DNA of 62,375 nt, filler included, from Choristocarpus tenellus KU-1152 (Eukaryota; Protista; Phaeophyceae): assembly GCA_964200185.2 (NCBI GenBank). It is 11 parts of 11 records of this genome, joined end to end, with 100 filler letters (N's around TTAATTAATTAA, not from the genome) between each part and the next. Parts side by side here need not be neighbours in the genome. Positions count along the whole stretch, not along the records: positions 10,332 to 13,965 come from CAXNAD020018834.1; positions 14,066 to 17,896 come from CAXNAD020017684.1; positions 17,997 to 21,809 come from CAXNAD020017784.1; positions 21,910 to 29,166 come from CAXNAD020006451.1; 7 more parts are not named here. One strand, 5' to 3'. Position numbers and translations under genes: made by a program. Below, in pieces: positions 11,789-25,620 of this stretch (its first letter is position 1; every line of letters starts with the position of its first letter). Under the pieces are notes generated by a model. It was given only the letters and a program-made list of their open reading frames with translations, searched no databases and had not been told where the DNA came from.

Positions 11789-12125
11789 GTAGTAGTAGTA
11801 TTTTATTATTCCCTCTAACACTTTGGAGATGTGTCAGAGGGAAAACCAATTAAAACTATTCACATGTCGGAAAAAACCCTAAAAAGGTAACAGTTGTCCT
11901 ACATGTGAAAGTCATTAATCTATTTACAATTTTACTGCCAGATGCTGCACCACTGTGTTCCTGTGCCTCCAACCAAGCTTAGTCCTGCACCCTAGGGTGA
12001 GGAGCTAGGGAAGCATCCCAAGAATCTAAGAAGCCCCTCCTTAACCATCTCCTTGGTGTCTCCAGCTTAAAACTATTCTGTACCTAACGTTTATCCTCAA
12101 GGGTTAAGGGTTTGTTCACTGAACT
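11789..12125 (-). mobile_element. 5'-truncated LINE-like 3' end with terminal stem-loop and (AAT/TAC)n tail
   Basis: Minus strand reads CCCTCTGACAC-atctccaaa-GTGTTAGAGGG followed by AATAATAAAATACTACTACTAC. Degenerate copies of this end occur at ~1563-1640 and ~24335-24405. Confidence 0.5.
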
Positions 12126-12810
12126 TCTCGGTGTTCATAAAGAGGTAAGGAGTAAGAAGTAAGGAGTGGGGTGTGGGGTGTGGGGTGTGGGGGTGTGTGA
12201 ATATGTGAACTGGCATTGAGGCATTGCCACAAAAAAAATCACCTCAGCTACCCAAACACCAAACTCAACAATGTATAATTATGATAGCTAAAGCGGTGTA
12301 GCCTCATGTCCCTCTCCCCCTTACCACATGCATAGGTAGTTCATCCAGAAAACATTCCGCTTGTTTACTGAGGCACCCAAAACTTTCCACCGCTAAGGTG
12401 TTGAGATTATATAACTACTATGTAATTGCACTAGCTCTCATCCATATATCTCTATTAAGTAGTAATATTGTAATGGTGAACTTCATAGTAATCTTCAATC
12501 AACCTCTTGCTCTGACACTATTGCTATTGTGCTACTATTAGTACTATTGCCAAGAAACCGTACGTATATTATAACGACTACTGTAAATACAACAGTTATT
12601 GTCAATACTAAAACACTGAAAAATAACAATACAACAATGTGCCCTTGGACATTGCTTCGAATAGATCTAACCTACGGAAGTATCCCAATAACTTGTCTAG
12701 ACCTTTTTGCCCATCTCCGCACTTGTCTCTACCTTGAAACGCATGATGCATATCACGAGATTCTACATTTTGAAACGTAGAGAACCAAATCAATTTTTTT
12801 TTTAGTAATA

Positions 12811-13002
12811 TAGTATATAATTGTGTTGGGGGGGTTGAACAGAGGGAATCATAATGGGCATAGATCATGAGGAGCTAGTAAAACTTCTAAGGAGTGGATT
12901 AGATAGACTAGTATATAATTGTGTTGGGGGGGTTGAACAGAGGTAAACATAATGGGCATAGATCGTGAGGAGCAAGTAAAACTTCTAAGGAGTGGATTAT
13001 AT
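12811..13002. repeat. 98-bp tandem duplication
   Basis: TAGTATATAATTGTGTTG(n)TTGAACAGAGG...AAGGAGTGGATTA at 12811 and 12909. Confidence 0.95.
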
Positions 13003-14082
13003 CGTTCGCCCATCAATTTTTGATGAATCTACAATGGATTACAAACATGCCTAACCCCAAATCCTAAATCCAAACCCTAAATCCAAACCCAAACCCGAAG
13101 CGTGTAAAGGATCTCCGTTGTCCGTTCAATTGATCCAAAAAGCTTCGACGAATGATCTAATAATCCACACCCCGCAATCAATTTTTTGCCAGATTCCATA
13201 CATCGTGGTTGGCAACTACTACAATGCGATGTATAATCTGGATTCGTTGACAACCTACTGGGCTTTATAACCATTCGTTAGTTGACTTTCATCCTGTACG
13301 CAATAGTTTAGATCCCCTGTCATTGTCATCCACAACCAAAGTTGAAAAGGTAATTTTATCATCATTGTTGACAGTGGGGAAATAGGTGCAACTTGGAACC
13401 ATAGCGTCAAATCATATCTACAACCAGAACCGTACTGTCAACGAGAGAACTCCTACAACCATAGACCGAAAACACTACCACTATGAGAAGAACCTTTCAA
13501 TATCCTCCATCTTCTGAGAGATGCCAAGGACGATCGGATCGTCCACCACGACCTCTGCCTCCCTATCGTCTCCGCATCCTACTTCTTCTCATCTCCCATT
13601 CTCAGCACTTCCCCGGCATTTTTCTTCTCTCCTATCCCCCTTCCATAAACTCCATCAGGTCTTTGATTTCCTTGTCGGTCTCTACCTGAACCTCTCCCAG
13701 TTACCCTTTCGACCAGCCCCAGCCTGATGTTCACTTTCGTCTGGGTGTTTTTTTGCTACCAAAAACTTGGTATTCACTCCTCCCTTTCTTCCTTCGCATC
13801 TGAAGTAGGATACTTTCCTTCAAACTGATCGCAACTCCCTCTATCCCTTGATTCCCTTTCCATCTCTTTATACTAAATGCTACCCGTCCTAGTTCTGTGT
13901 GATGGGGGTTAATGAGAACCACTAACAGGGATTTCTCAAAATTGAGGATGGTGCAGGACTATGAGNNNNNNNNNNNNNNNNNNNNNNNNNNNNNNNNNNN
14001 NNNNNNNNNTTAATTAATTAANNNNNNNNNNNNNNNNNNNNNNNNNNNNNNNNNNNNNNNNNNNNAAAAAAAAGGAGGGAGT

Positions 14083-14120
<38 letters not shown>

Positions 14121-14145
14121 GGGGGGGAAAGGGAGAGATACTTAC

Positions 14146-16619
<2,474 letters not shown>

Positions 16620-18024
16620 TCATTCATCAAAACCAGCAGGAGCGCAAGCATTGCAAGTGATTTCACTCACAACAGAAGACCTCTAATACTGATACTACAT
16701 CAACAACAATCAATGAGAAGCATTGATACATAGCAAAGTACAGTTTCTGTTGAGACACTCATACCGTAGATTGATGATAGGTGTTGGGTTGGTTGTACCA
16801 GTTGCAGTAAACGACATAGCATCATACTGCCCTATCGAGGAAAATCTTGATGGGCAGAAACCAGAATTTTCTGGATTATCTGAGAAAAAAGTACTGTAAA
16901 TAATAATAATAATAATAATAATAATAGCACTGAGGCAGTCTACATTTGGCTTACAATGGGGGACTAGTCCATAGTGTCTTTTACAACACAACTCCTCGCC
17001 CTAAGTGAAAACCATCAACGCCAACGCCATCCAATCACATCCACCATGTGTTGAAATAAAGAAATGACAAGAGATATTCTTGGCCAATCACGAACACTAT
17101 TGTTCTTGACACAACGTAAGTCCAACGTGACCTTCACACTCCTCAAAAAAACAATGTACCACCACAAGCCACAAACTACACTTCAACAAGTCCTTCCCTT
17201 CAACAAGTCTCACTTGGATCAAACAAAAACATCTACTATGAGTATGAATATGAATATCATCAGTACAAACACAAATCAAAGCAACAGAAAGGCGTGTGCA
17301 CGCATACTTCACCTGCTTTGAATTGGAAGGCTTTTTTCAACTGCGATTTCAGAAGATAGACTCGTAAGCAAATGAGAGATCGTAAGGATAACTTTCTCCC
17401 ACAAATAAAATTCAGCTCACAAAAAAATGTTGTGGACTGTACCCTCCTGAACCATGTACCACCAAACACCAGAGGTAAATCTAAAGCTCACTAGTCCCCC
17501 CCCCTCTACACCTACCTTCTCTCAAACCCAAATATCAGTGGGGGTCACATCCCAATCTACCATGGCAATGTTCACCAGAAAGAATCCAACTTCACCTTTC
17601 TCACAGCAAACACTCACCAACCTACTAAATCAAAGATTTCAGAACACTATTAATTACCTCACGCAAGACACCAAAATTCAGAAGAGTAAACACCAACGCC
17701 GCATTGTTCTCCTGTATGGACACAACTCCAAACCATCTCAAAGAGGTGTCAAAAAAAGAAGAAAGGAAAAGAAACCAATCACTGCAGTCCCAATAAAAAA
17801 AATAATACACCTGGGGGGGGGGGGGGGGGGTGGCATTTCAAGCCCACCCACTTCCACAAAAAAAAATCTCAAAAAAAAAAAAGGGGGACCCATTTGNNNN
17901 NNNNNNNNNNNNNNNNNNNNNNNNNNNNNNNNNNNNNNNNTTAATTAATTAANNNNNNNNNNNNNNNNNNNNNNNNNNNNNNNNNNNNNNNNNNNNCACT
18001 TTATTCCCCTACCAGCAACCTGCT

Positions 18025-18136
18025 GTACTGCTGCATGGTAGCGTGACTCAGGAAGAAAGGCACTTTTCGCGAGAAATTATTACGCGCGCGCCAAACTCGC
18101 GTGAATATCTCTGGTATTTTGTGCCAAATCGCCCGA
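18025..18136 (+). repeat. CpG-rich dispersed repeat D, copy 2
   Basis: Collinear with 10332-10444. Confidence 0.85.
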
Positions 18137-19437
18137 CTCTATATTCATCACTCAATGCATTGTATCCAAAATAAGCGTTGACCTTAGGGTCAAAGTTTAG
18201 TAGTTTGTGGGTTCAAAACCGAGGTGGATCGTTCTTTTATTTAGTCAGTAATGATAGGTATTGTGGAAGTGTCAAGGCGCCAAAGCTCTCTCAACAAGAA
18301 GAGGGCAATCACAATCAGCAGACTGAACTCTTCCCTACCTCAGAGGGTGAGACCGAGTTTCACAGGTCTTGGCCCAACATCTCAGACTCAGTTGAGGAAA
18401 TCCAGAACAGAACAAAAACCTGAAAGCTCAACAGATGTCCCAGAATGACTGAGCAATGTCACAGCAGAGAAATGGATCCGTTAAAATTGGAATGGATCTT
18501 CGTTCTGACAGTCCTTTTTGGTTGTTTGGTCAAATCCGGATCTTACAGGTGTAGTCGGTTTATATGAACTGGTTGGTATGGGCGAGTCCCAATGACGTGG
18601 TTTGCGCGCGCAAATGTATGTGACCGCGCGTCTTGTTCACAAATGTGTGTATTGGAGATCACAAAAAATGATCCTGTACCTAATAATAACTTCATATTTA
18701 ACAATAAATATGTTGTAGTGGGTCGAGGGTTCGAACCCTGGCATCCTGATTCTCTTCTCCATGATGAGTTGGAAGGAGAAACATGTATGTATATATATAT
18801 TCTCTAACTATGGGTGGTGACGGCAACCTCCAGGTCCCGTTGATGAAACTGTGGTGAAGTGGACAGGAACAAGATGAAGGTGAGGGAAAGAGTGAGATCT
18901 GGTAGGATTGAAGAGGAGAGCATCCTCAAGACAATGCGCGCAACTGCACGAGCAAGGTATGCACGGACAAACCTCAACATAAAAAAAGGCTGTTAACAGG
19001 TATAGGTCAACTCTGACGCTTGAATTGGAGTCGTTCACAACACGATCCAAACAATGAGAGTCATTCATGACGACCACAAAGGAAAAATAACCACTCAACA
19101 GTGCCTCAATCAAATCATCATCGCGCTAAACGATCTGAAACTGTGAAAACCACTCTATGGAAATTATTCTCAGAACTGGAACTAAAACAATTCATCAGTA
19201 ACAAAAAAGGACGATCGGTAATATTCTCGATAAGAGGATTGATTGTCTATGGATATGTCGTCGGACTCGGCATCCTGGAAAGACCCTAGATGAGATTCTT
19301 TATGAGAGATATATCATCGGAGATATCTATTATACTTCGGAAACAAGAAGGACATTGATTGAGCGACACTCTCGACCTGAGATACGGCACTACAGGTATC
19401 TCTCAGACCTGCTCTTCACAAATAAGAGAAGAATGAT

Positions 19438-21809
19438 TGTCACAGGCGATATGTCTTAATGGCGGTTTCATAAACACCACTATGACATTGAAGTTCTAGA
19501 TTTGATATATTTGTACTTCTTGATTATTTATTTATTATTTGGTCATTATGGTCTCCGATTGTGATAAGACATCGTTGATGAGTTCCTTTCTTATACATAT
19601 ATATATGATGATATTGATGATAATTCAAGTGAGAGATCCAGCATACCTGACGACTTGTGCATCAGGAGTCCTATACGTACATCAGTATCATCTATAAGCC
19701 CGTAGATTGGAGCTATATATCCTGTGGAGGTAAGCTTTCTGGGGCCCCTGTAACATGATATTTGTTCATAGATCAGGGTCAAAGGGAAAAACGCGAATTT
19801 GGAGACGACTTTTTTGGGAGAGAGAGTATGTAACTAGTGGGGTGATGACACAGAGATAGCCTGAGAAATACTCTGACCTCTTATTTTGTCAAATATTGAG
19901 ATACCCGAAGTACTACCTATCTATCGCATTAGGGCAGTTACTCCTCCAACTTCCCTCCCTTTGTTGCATGTTACACTAAACTGTTGTCTCCTAGTGTTGG
20001 AAGTGTTGAAGAGCCAAACCAATTGAGAGGAAGGCAGGGTTGCATTTTAAGGACCCCAAGAAAGGGCAAAAAGAAGCCATTTTGTACAATTGCAGAAAGA
20101 ACCTTCGCATAATTGTGATGTCACTTTGGGTGTGGAAAGGGGGAATATCAATTTTGCCTACACTATTGTTGTCCAGATCAAGCAATGAAATAGAGTGTAT
20201 TGGACAGGGCAAGAAAGATGGTTTAGAATGCCAAAGGGTCAAGAATGATTACCTCCCCATTGGTTTGATTCTGAAACCAGATACATTATATAGACAGATT
20301 AGAAACATTTCAAGCGAATTGAAATAGTATTAATCTATTTTCAATATATTGCTATTGCTATATATAAGTATTGCTTGGACATAAATGGCAAGATTGATCA
20401 ACTGACGTCATCACATAACATATGATGCGTTAAATATTTATAACTACTGAAGGTCACACTTCATACCAATGTAAATCTCTATGTATATAAATATATATAT
20501 ATTCGTCATACTTACCTGTATATTTTATTGTTATACCCTCTGATATTTGGAGATTGCAGACTTTTTACATGTATATTCTTCCCAACGCACAAACAGAATC
20601 TTTCTCGTCACACAAGATATGTAAGCAAGCAGTTGACATCGATTGATTTAAGAGAAGAATGGTATTTCGAAAAGAACAAAAAAGGGAGGTTCGACACTTT
20701 ATAGTAAGTTTTAAACCATGTATATCCGATTTTTCAATACCCCTCAGTGACTTTCATACGCCATACGTGTTTTCATACGAATTGAACATCTTAGGATTGT
20801 TGTGATTTTGAGAGATGTCAATTCTCTGACGATGTTCTGCACATACGATACTTGTGGAAAGGAATAATTGTAGTGTTGTCAATCGAGAGAATTAATGAGT
20901 ACAAAAGTTAAATCGGGTCGAAAATTTTCGATGTACTCGATTATGGTTAGGGTTAGGGTTAGGGTTAGATTATGATTGAACCTTGTACAGAGGGGATACC
21001 CCAAGACACGCTTCGCGTGGCCGAAGGTTGAAGGTCGAATTCTGCATGCCTGGAGGCAATCCCCACACAACCAGTGAGGGGTCATCCTGGAGGCGAAATT
21101 GTTTAAAGGTATTCTTTATTTCCTTTCTCATTTTTCCCACCTCTACCACATATTTACAACGTGCCCCTCAGAACTCACCTCCACAGGATATGCAACTCAA
21201 ATCCAACGACCTTAAAACGACACTATGGGGGCGTTGCCCTTGATAACAGTTTGTAGGGTGTCCGGTGTCCTTCTCTTCTTGATATTCCACCCAGTGCTTA
21301 GCTCAAAGCTCGACTCAAAGTTTCGTTCAAGATAAAAAGGTAAGACTGGAGGCAAGTGGGGGATGGCTTTGGCCAAAATCCCTCTTGTTATTTTCCTCGT
21401 CCACCCAATTTCTTTGGTCTTCTATGCAACTGCTCTACATGTACTCCAATCATAAACCTTTCTTCTGCAACTTCTTTGGGACTTTGACATTTTCTTCTGT
21501 AATGTTACATATGCATTCCGAATCTTATTCTGTATCTTCTATGAAATCATTTACTCTGTAAGGCTACCTATATGTTACTAATATCGTATATTGTTCGTAC
21601 TTGTTAGAACGCTAGAAACAATCCTCACACAATACGTCTGTCACAAATGTTCGTGTTTGCTAAAACATGGGAAGAAATGCTGACGCTTTTCGCGTGTAAC
21701 AAATGCTCGCACTTCGTTGGAACACAAGAAGAAATGCTCGCGCTAGGAGGGCATGTTACAGGCGATATGTCTTGATGGCGGTTTCATAAACACCATTATG
21801 ACCTTGAAG
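19438..21809 (+). mobile_element. Putative non-autonomous LTR element (3' LTR cut by contig end)
   Basis: Direct repeat TGT(C/T)ACAGGCGATATGTCTT...TGAAG at 19438-19493 and 21754-21809. The second copy follows a purine tract, AGGAGGG-CA. No gag/pol ORF was recognised between them. Confidence 0.45.
20011..20271 (+). mobile_element. MITE family C
   Basis: GAGCCAAACCAATTGAGAGG...CCTCCCCATTGGTTTGATTC, perfect TSD TGAA. Confidence 0.9.
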
Positions 21810-21909
21810 NNNNNNNNNNNNNNNNNNNNNNNNNNNNNNNNNNNNNNNNNNNNTTAATTAATTAANNNNNNNNNNNNNNNNNNNNNNNNNNNNNNNNNNN
21901 NNNNNNNNN

Positions 21910-22780
21910 GAGTCTCATAACCTCTCACCTCTAGGCATTGCGCCACCACGCTGTTCTTTGTGAGGGTGTTTGAGTTTGGACCCTGGACAGACTTCTGACC
22001 TAAAGAATTGGGACCGATGAGGAATGACGGGATGAATGAGGCGCTTGAATGACGGGGGGCCTTTGTCCTGGGCATCCCAATATATACCCACTCTGACAAT
22101 CTCATGAGATTTCTGAACACCATCAAATGTGACTCGGTCGACTTTGCACTGGCGATTCTCCACAGTCATGGCAGCCCACCATCTCAAACATTGCATGCCT
22201 CCCAACGTATATGAGGACTAAGCCTCGTACAGAAGGTTTTGCCACATGGGCTGTTCCTAGGCGAGAACGGAGCTTGGAAACGTTATGTTACATTTAATTC
22301 CAAATTGAGGAAAGTCTTGTTAGAACCTACTGTTGTTGGAGAGGGGGCGAAAGATTCCTGCGGTTTTCCATCACTGGAGTTGTTTTTCAGCGTCACAATA
22401 ACTCACCTAGATGCGACTATCTAGTACTCCCGATCCTCCAGCCTGTAGGTTGATGATGAGACTCGAAGAGTGTGACCCAAAATGGATGGATGGCTAACAT
22501 CCAAACATTATCAGATAAGGCAATTTTGACACAGGTGCATGATTTCGGTAGGTGGTGTTTGCAGAAGATATTGTGGTACACCCATAAGGCAATAGTGAAG
22601 ACGTACAGAATGCCTTTCCCCAACCTAGCAAACCCTTGCCAACCTTCTTGCGCTCTCCACATCAACCCTTTGCACCTTGCAATTAATCCCTGATCAGGAT
22701 ACCTAGAAACTTTTTGGAACGCATTTGTGTGTCGCTGGCACAAAGAGAAGGGAAGGATGGTTATGAACAAGATGTCCCAA
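21910..22780 (+). pseudogene. Degenerate non-LTR retrotransposon (CRE-like RT C-terminus / REL-endonuclease region)
   Basis: Interrupted frames give, in the expected order, GAFVLGIPI (cf. GxxVLGxP after RT motif 7), NGWMANIQ (cf. GAWLxAxP) and FLERICVSLAQR (cf. QRLSVALQRGN). Several stops and frameshifts. Confidence 0.4.
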
Positions 22781-23168
22781 GTTGCTTGGGGATGGTACAG
22801 TGCAGCGAAAGCTCGGACAGTGGCAGCAGCTCCAGTGAAGTTATTGGTAGAGATGGTGGGGTTCTTCCATACACCAACCATGACAATGAAGTGGGCTTCA
22901 TGGAAACACCAGAGGATATGCCTGATGATCTCAGGGATAGGAGATGGTGCGGAGATTTGGAAGGACTCCTTTTAAGCTCCCCTCTGACCAAGAGGAAAAG
23001 TGCAGCCATCACAGATCAACAAGTTCAATTGTGAGTACATACATCTGTGTGAGCGCAGAGATTAGTTGTTGTGATATTTTCAAATCGAAAGTTACCGGTT
23101 CCCCTTGTTTGAGAAAAATAAAGTAGTGTTCATGTGGTCCTCTGCTTTTTTGTAGTTTTCAGCACGAC

Positions 23169-23644
23169 TGCAGTGCACAGGGGAGATGCCCTGTCTTCAG
23201 GAGCCCCCACTATCATACCTTTTTCACTTCTTAGGGTGATCTTTCACACATAGGTTGCAGTTAGGGTTAGGGTTAGGGTTGGAGTTAGATTATCGAAAAT
23301 GAGTGTGAAAAAGTGAAACGTAGTGGATCCTTGAGAGGTTTTGGTGCAGTGCACAGGAAAGATCCTCTGTATTCGGGACTCCCTACTACTCGTTGGGGAA
23401 CGAATCCCCACTGTATTATTTTTTTCATTTTTTCGCACACATTTTGAAGACCTAACCCTATCTCTAACCCTAACCCTAACTTGTATGTGAAGAATACCCC
23501 CAACCAGCCAAGGAAACATTCTAGAAGAAGTGGTGAAGGAGAATTGTGTCGATGGAGGAACCAATGCAGTGCTCAGGGAAGATCCCTGGGGAGGTCCAAT
23601 TGTCCTTGGGGATTCTCCACTGTCATACTCTTTTCACTTCTTAG
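23169..23644. mobile_element. Foldback element with (TTAGGG)n inside its inverted arms, flanked by related TGCAGTGCAC units
   Basis: Left arm ~23234-23330 is the imperfect reverse complement of right arm ~23401-23499. TGCAGTGC(A/T)CAGG units start at 23169, 23345 and 23565. Confidence 0.65.
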
Positions 23645-24429
23645 ACCATTACGTTTAGTTACACGGCTTCTTTTACTCTTCTTCCTTGAATTTGTTCTGA
23701 TGTGATCCTCCCGTTCTCAATCATTATGGGTACATACAGGGGACGGAAGCGTGGATAACCATACTGCACTTCGATCCACATGCCATATAGACCATTCTAG
23801 TACCTTGTTTTGGTCAGATTCAGGTTTGTCTGCCATGTCAGATATTAGTTTTTCCAGGGTATCTTGATATTTTATGGCTGTGTCTTAACGGAGATATTTT
23901 GTGAGATGAGGAGATAAGATAGGAATTATGGGAAATCGGAAGAGAAAAAAAAAACTCAAATGTAGATATATTTTTTAATGTCTGTCTCTGTTCGATGAAA
24001 CCAACCTCGTCACCTTTCTCATCAAAACGTTCTTTCGTATTTTTGGAGGAGGGACAAGACAAAAAACAAAACAATATACTACCAGTAGGAAGCTATAAGA
24101 AGTCCTGTTACCGCAACAGTGAGCAGCTGTAGTTGCCCTTTCCTAGGTACTATTTCCAGATCGACGGAGTGGCATGTCATCACTACGCATTCACACCCTA
24201 TGGTACAAATAATTCTGTATAATATGCCGTCAATAGTGTGTTGTTTGTCATACCATCCTTCCGAGAAACCCAAATCCCAATTTAAAACATTCAGATTGAA
24301 CTGTTTCCTCGTTGGGGTGTGTGTTCGCTGTAGTTAACTACTACATATTATTTTTTCCCTTTTTTGGATGTGTCAGGGAAGAGCAAAAACAAAACTATTT
24401 TACAAGGAGTGCTACTAGTGTTAACACAA

Positions 24430-25200
24430 AAATTGTCAATGCAAAGACATCTTTCAAACATGTCCCCTTAATAGGTTGTCACTATTATAAAGTAGTAATT
24501 TGTACACTACTGTAAAATTACGAATAAAATTAACAATACAACAATGTCTCCTTTTCATTGCCCCCTAAAAAAGTCAATATATTGTTGTATTTCTAGTTTT
24601 CAATGTTGTGAGGCAAAGCAAATTAGAGGCACCCAGGTTTTGGGCGTTTTGCACTTTAAGCCACCATTTTCACATCTTGCATTTAACCCTTATTTCTCTG
24701 TGAAATGTTGAGATTGACTAGAGGGCGTTGATTTGTCTTTTCCTCCTTCTTTGAAGAATTTCGACAGAATTCAGAAGTACCTATACGCATTTGTACAAAA
24801 GTCGAATTTCGCAAATATGTCAGCATCCTTAAAATGTAACCCTAGATACCTCTCGTCTACTTTGTCTCTGTAGCATAGCAGTGGACATATTACGTCGTAG
24901 TGAACAACCACTTAAGGGAACACTCTTGTATTGTTAGTTTGAAATACGTTCTATAGCAGTGTACACATTAATTTCGTACTTCGAAGTACTGAACAAGCTT
25001 TAAAGGAGATATTGTTGTATTTGTTAGTTGTCAGTACATATTTTTAGCAAGTACTATCGAAAATTTACATATACATTACTTTATATTGAACAGAGTCTTA
25101 AGGGCACATCTCGGAATTGTTAGAGTAATGTTTTCAAATAAATATTTTTTAGCGAGGTTTCTTGGCATTGTCGGCATGTCTTGTATTTACAGTAGTTCCA
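24430..25200. repeat. Old AT-rich foldback element (arms ~24430-24555 and ~25000-25200)
   Basis: AATACAACAATGTCTCCTTT versus AAAGGAGATATTGTTGTATT, plus further inverted matches. A related arm lies at ~12545-12650. Confidence 0.5.
24610..24868 (-). mobile_element. MITE, module-Y type
   Basis: GAGGCAAAGCAAATTAGAGGCACCCAGG...GATACCTCTCGTCTACTTTGTCTC, TGT on both flanks; body is reverse-complement similar to 58303-58598. Confidence 0.8.
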
Positions 25201-25554
25201 AGTATTTATATTTTATTATATTTTGCATCGTAGTGATGGATAATCCCAACCAGTAGCTATGGGTACTAACCTACTCCACTACCTCTCATACTATCTACTA
25301 TCTGTTGCACTGCAGCTAATTCTACTACTCCATTCCTGCCTTGCCTATCACTCGTTGAGTTCAGCACTCCCGCCACTCGTCACTCCGTTTCCTCCCTCTA
25401 GTCTTTTCCAGGATCCGCCCCAAAGTTTTCTCACCTTGATATTGATCTGAAGTTTCTGTGGTATAGGAGAGGAAGGATGGTACAGGGTGTAAGATCTGTT
25501 CTCTTTGCCACGTGGAACAGGATAATCGAAAACATATTTTCTTGAAAAACACTC

Positions 25555-25620
25555 TGGTGTCCAAGGGACTCGAACCCGCTAGAGTTGAGCAGATTTGGTC
25601 GCTGCGCACACAAGGACTCT
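25555..25620 (-). mobile_element. tRNA-derived SINE head or tRNA pseudogene
   Basis: B-box/T-arm GCGGGTTCGAGTCCC followed by GGACACCA, with a weak A-box TGCGCAGCG. No intact D or anticodon arm. Confidence 0.45.

Noticed and set aside
10874-13002. Tandem repeats as a CRISPR-like array
   Set aside because: Units are contiguous with no unique spacers, there are no cas genes, and the context is eukaryotic.
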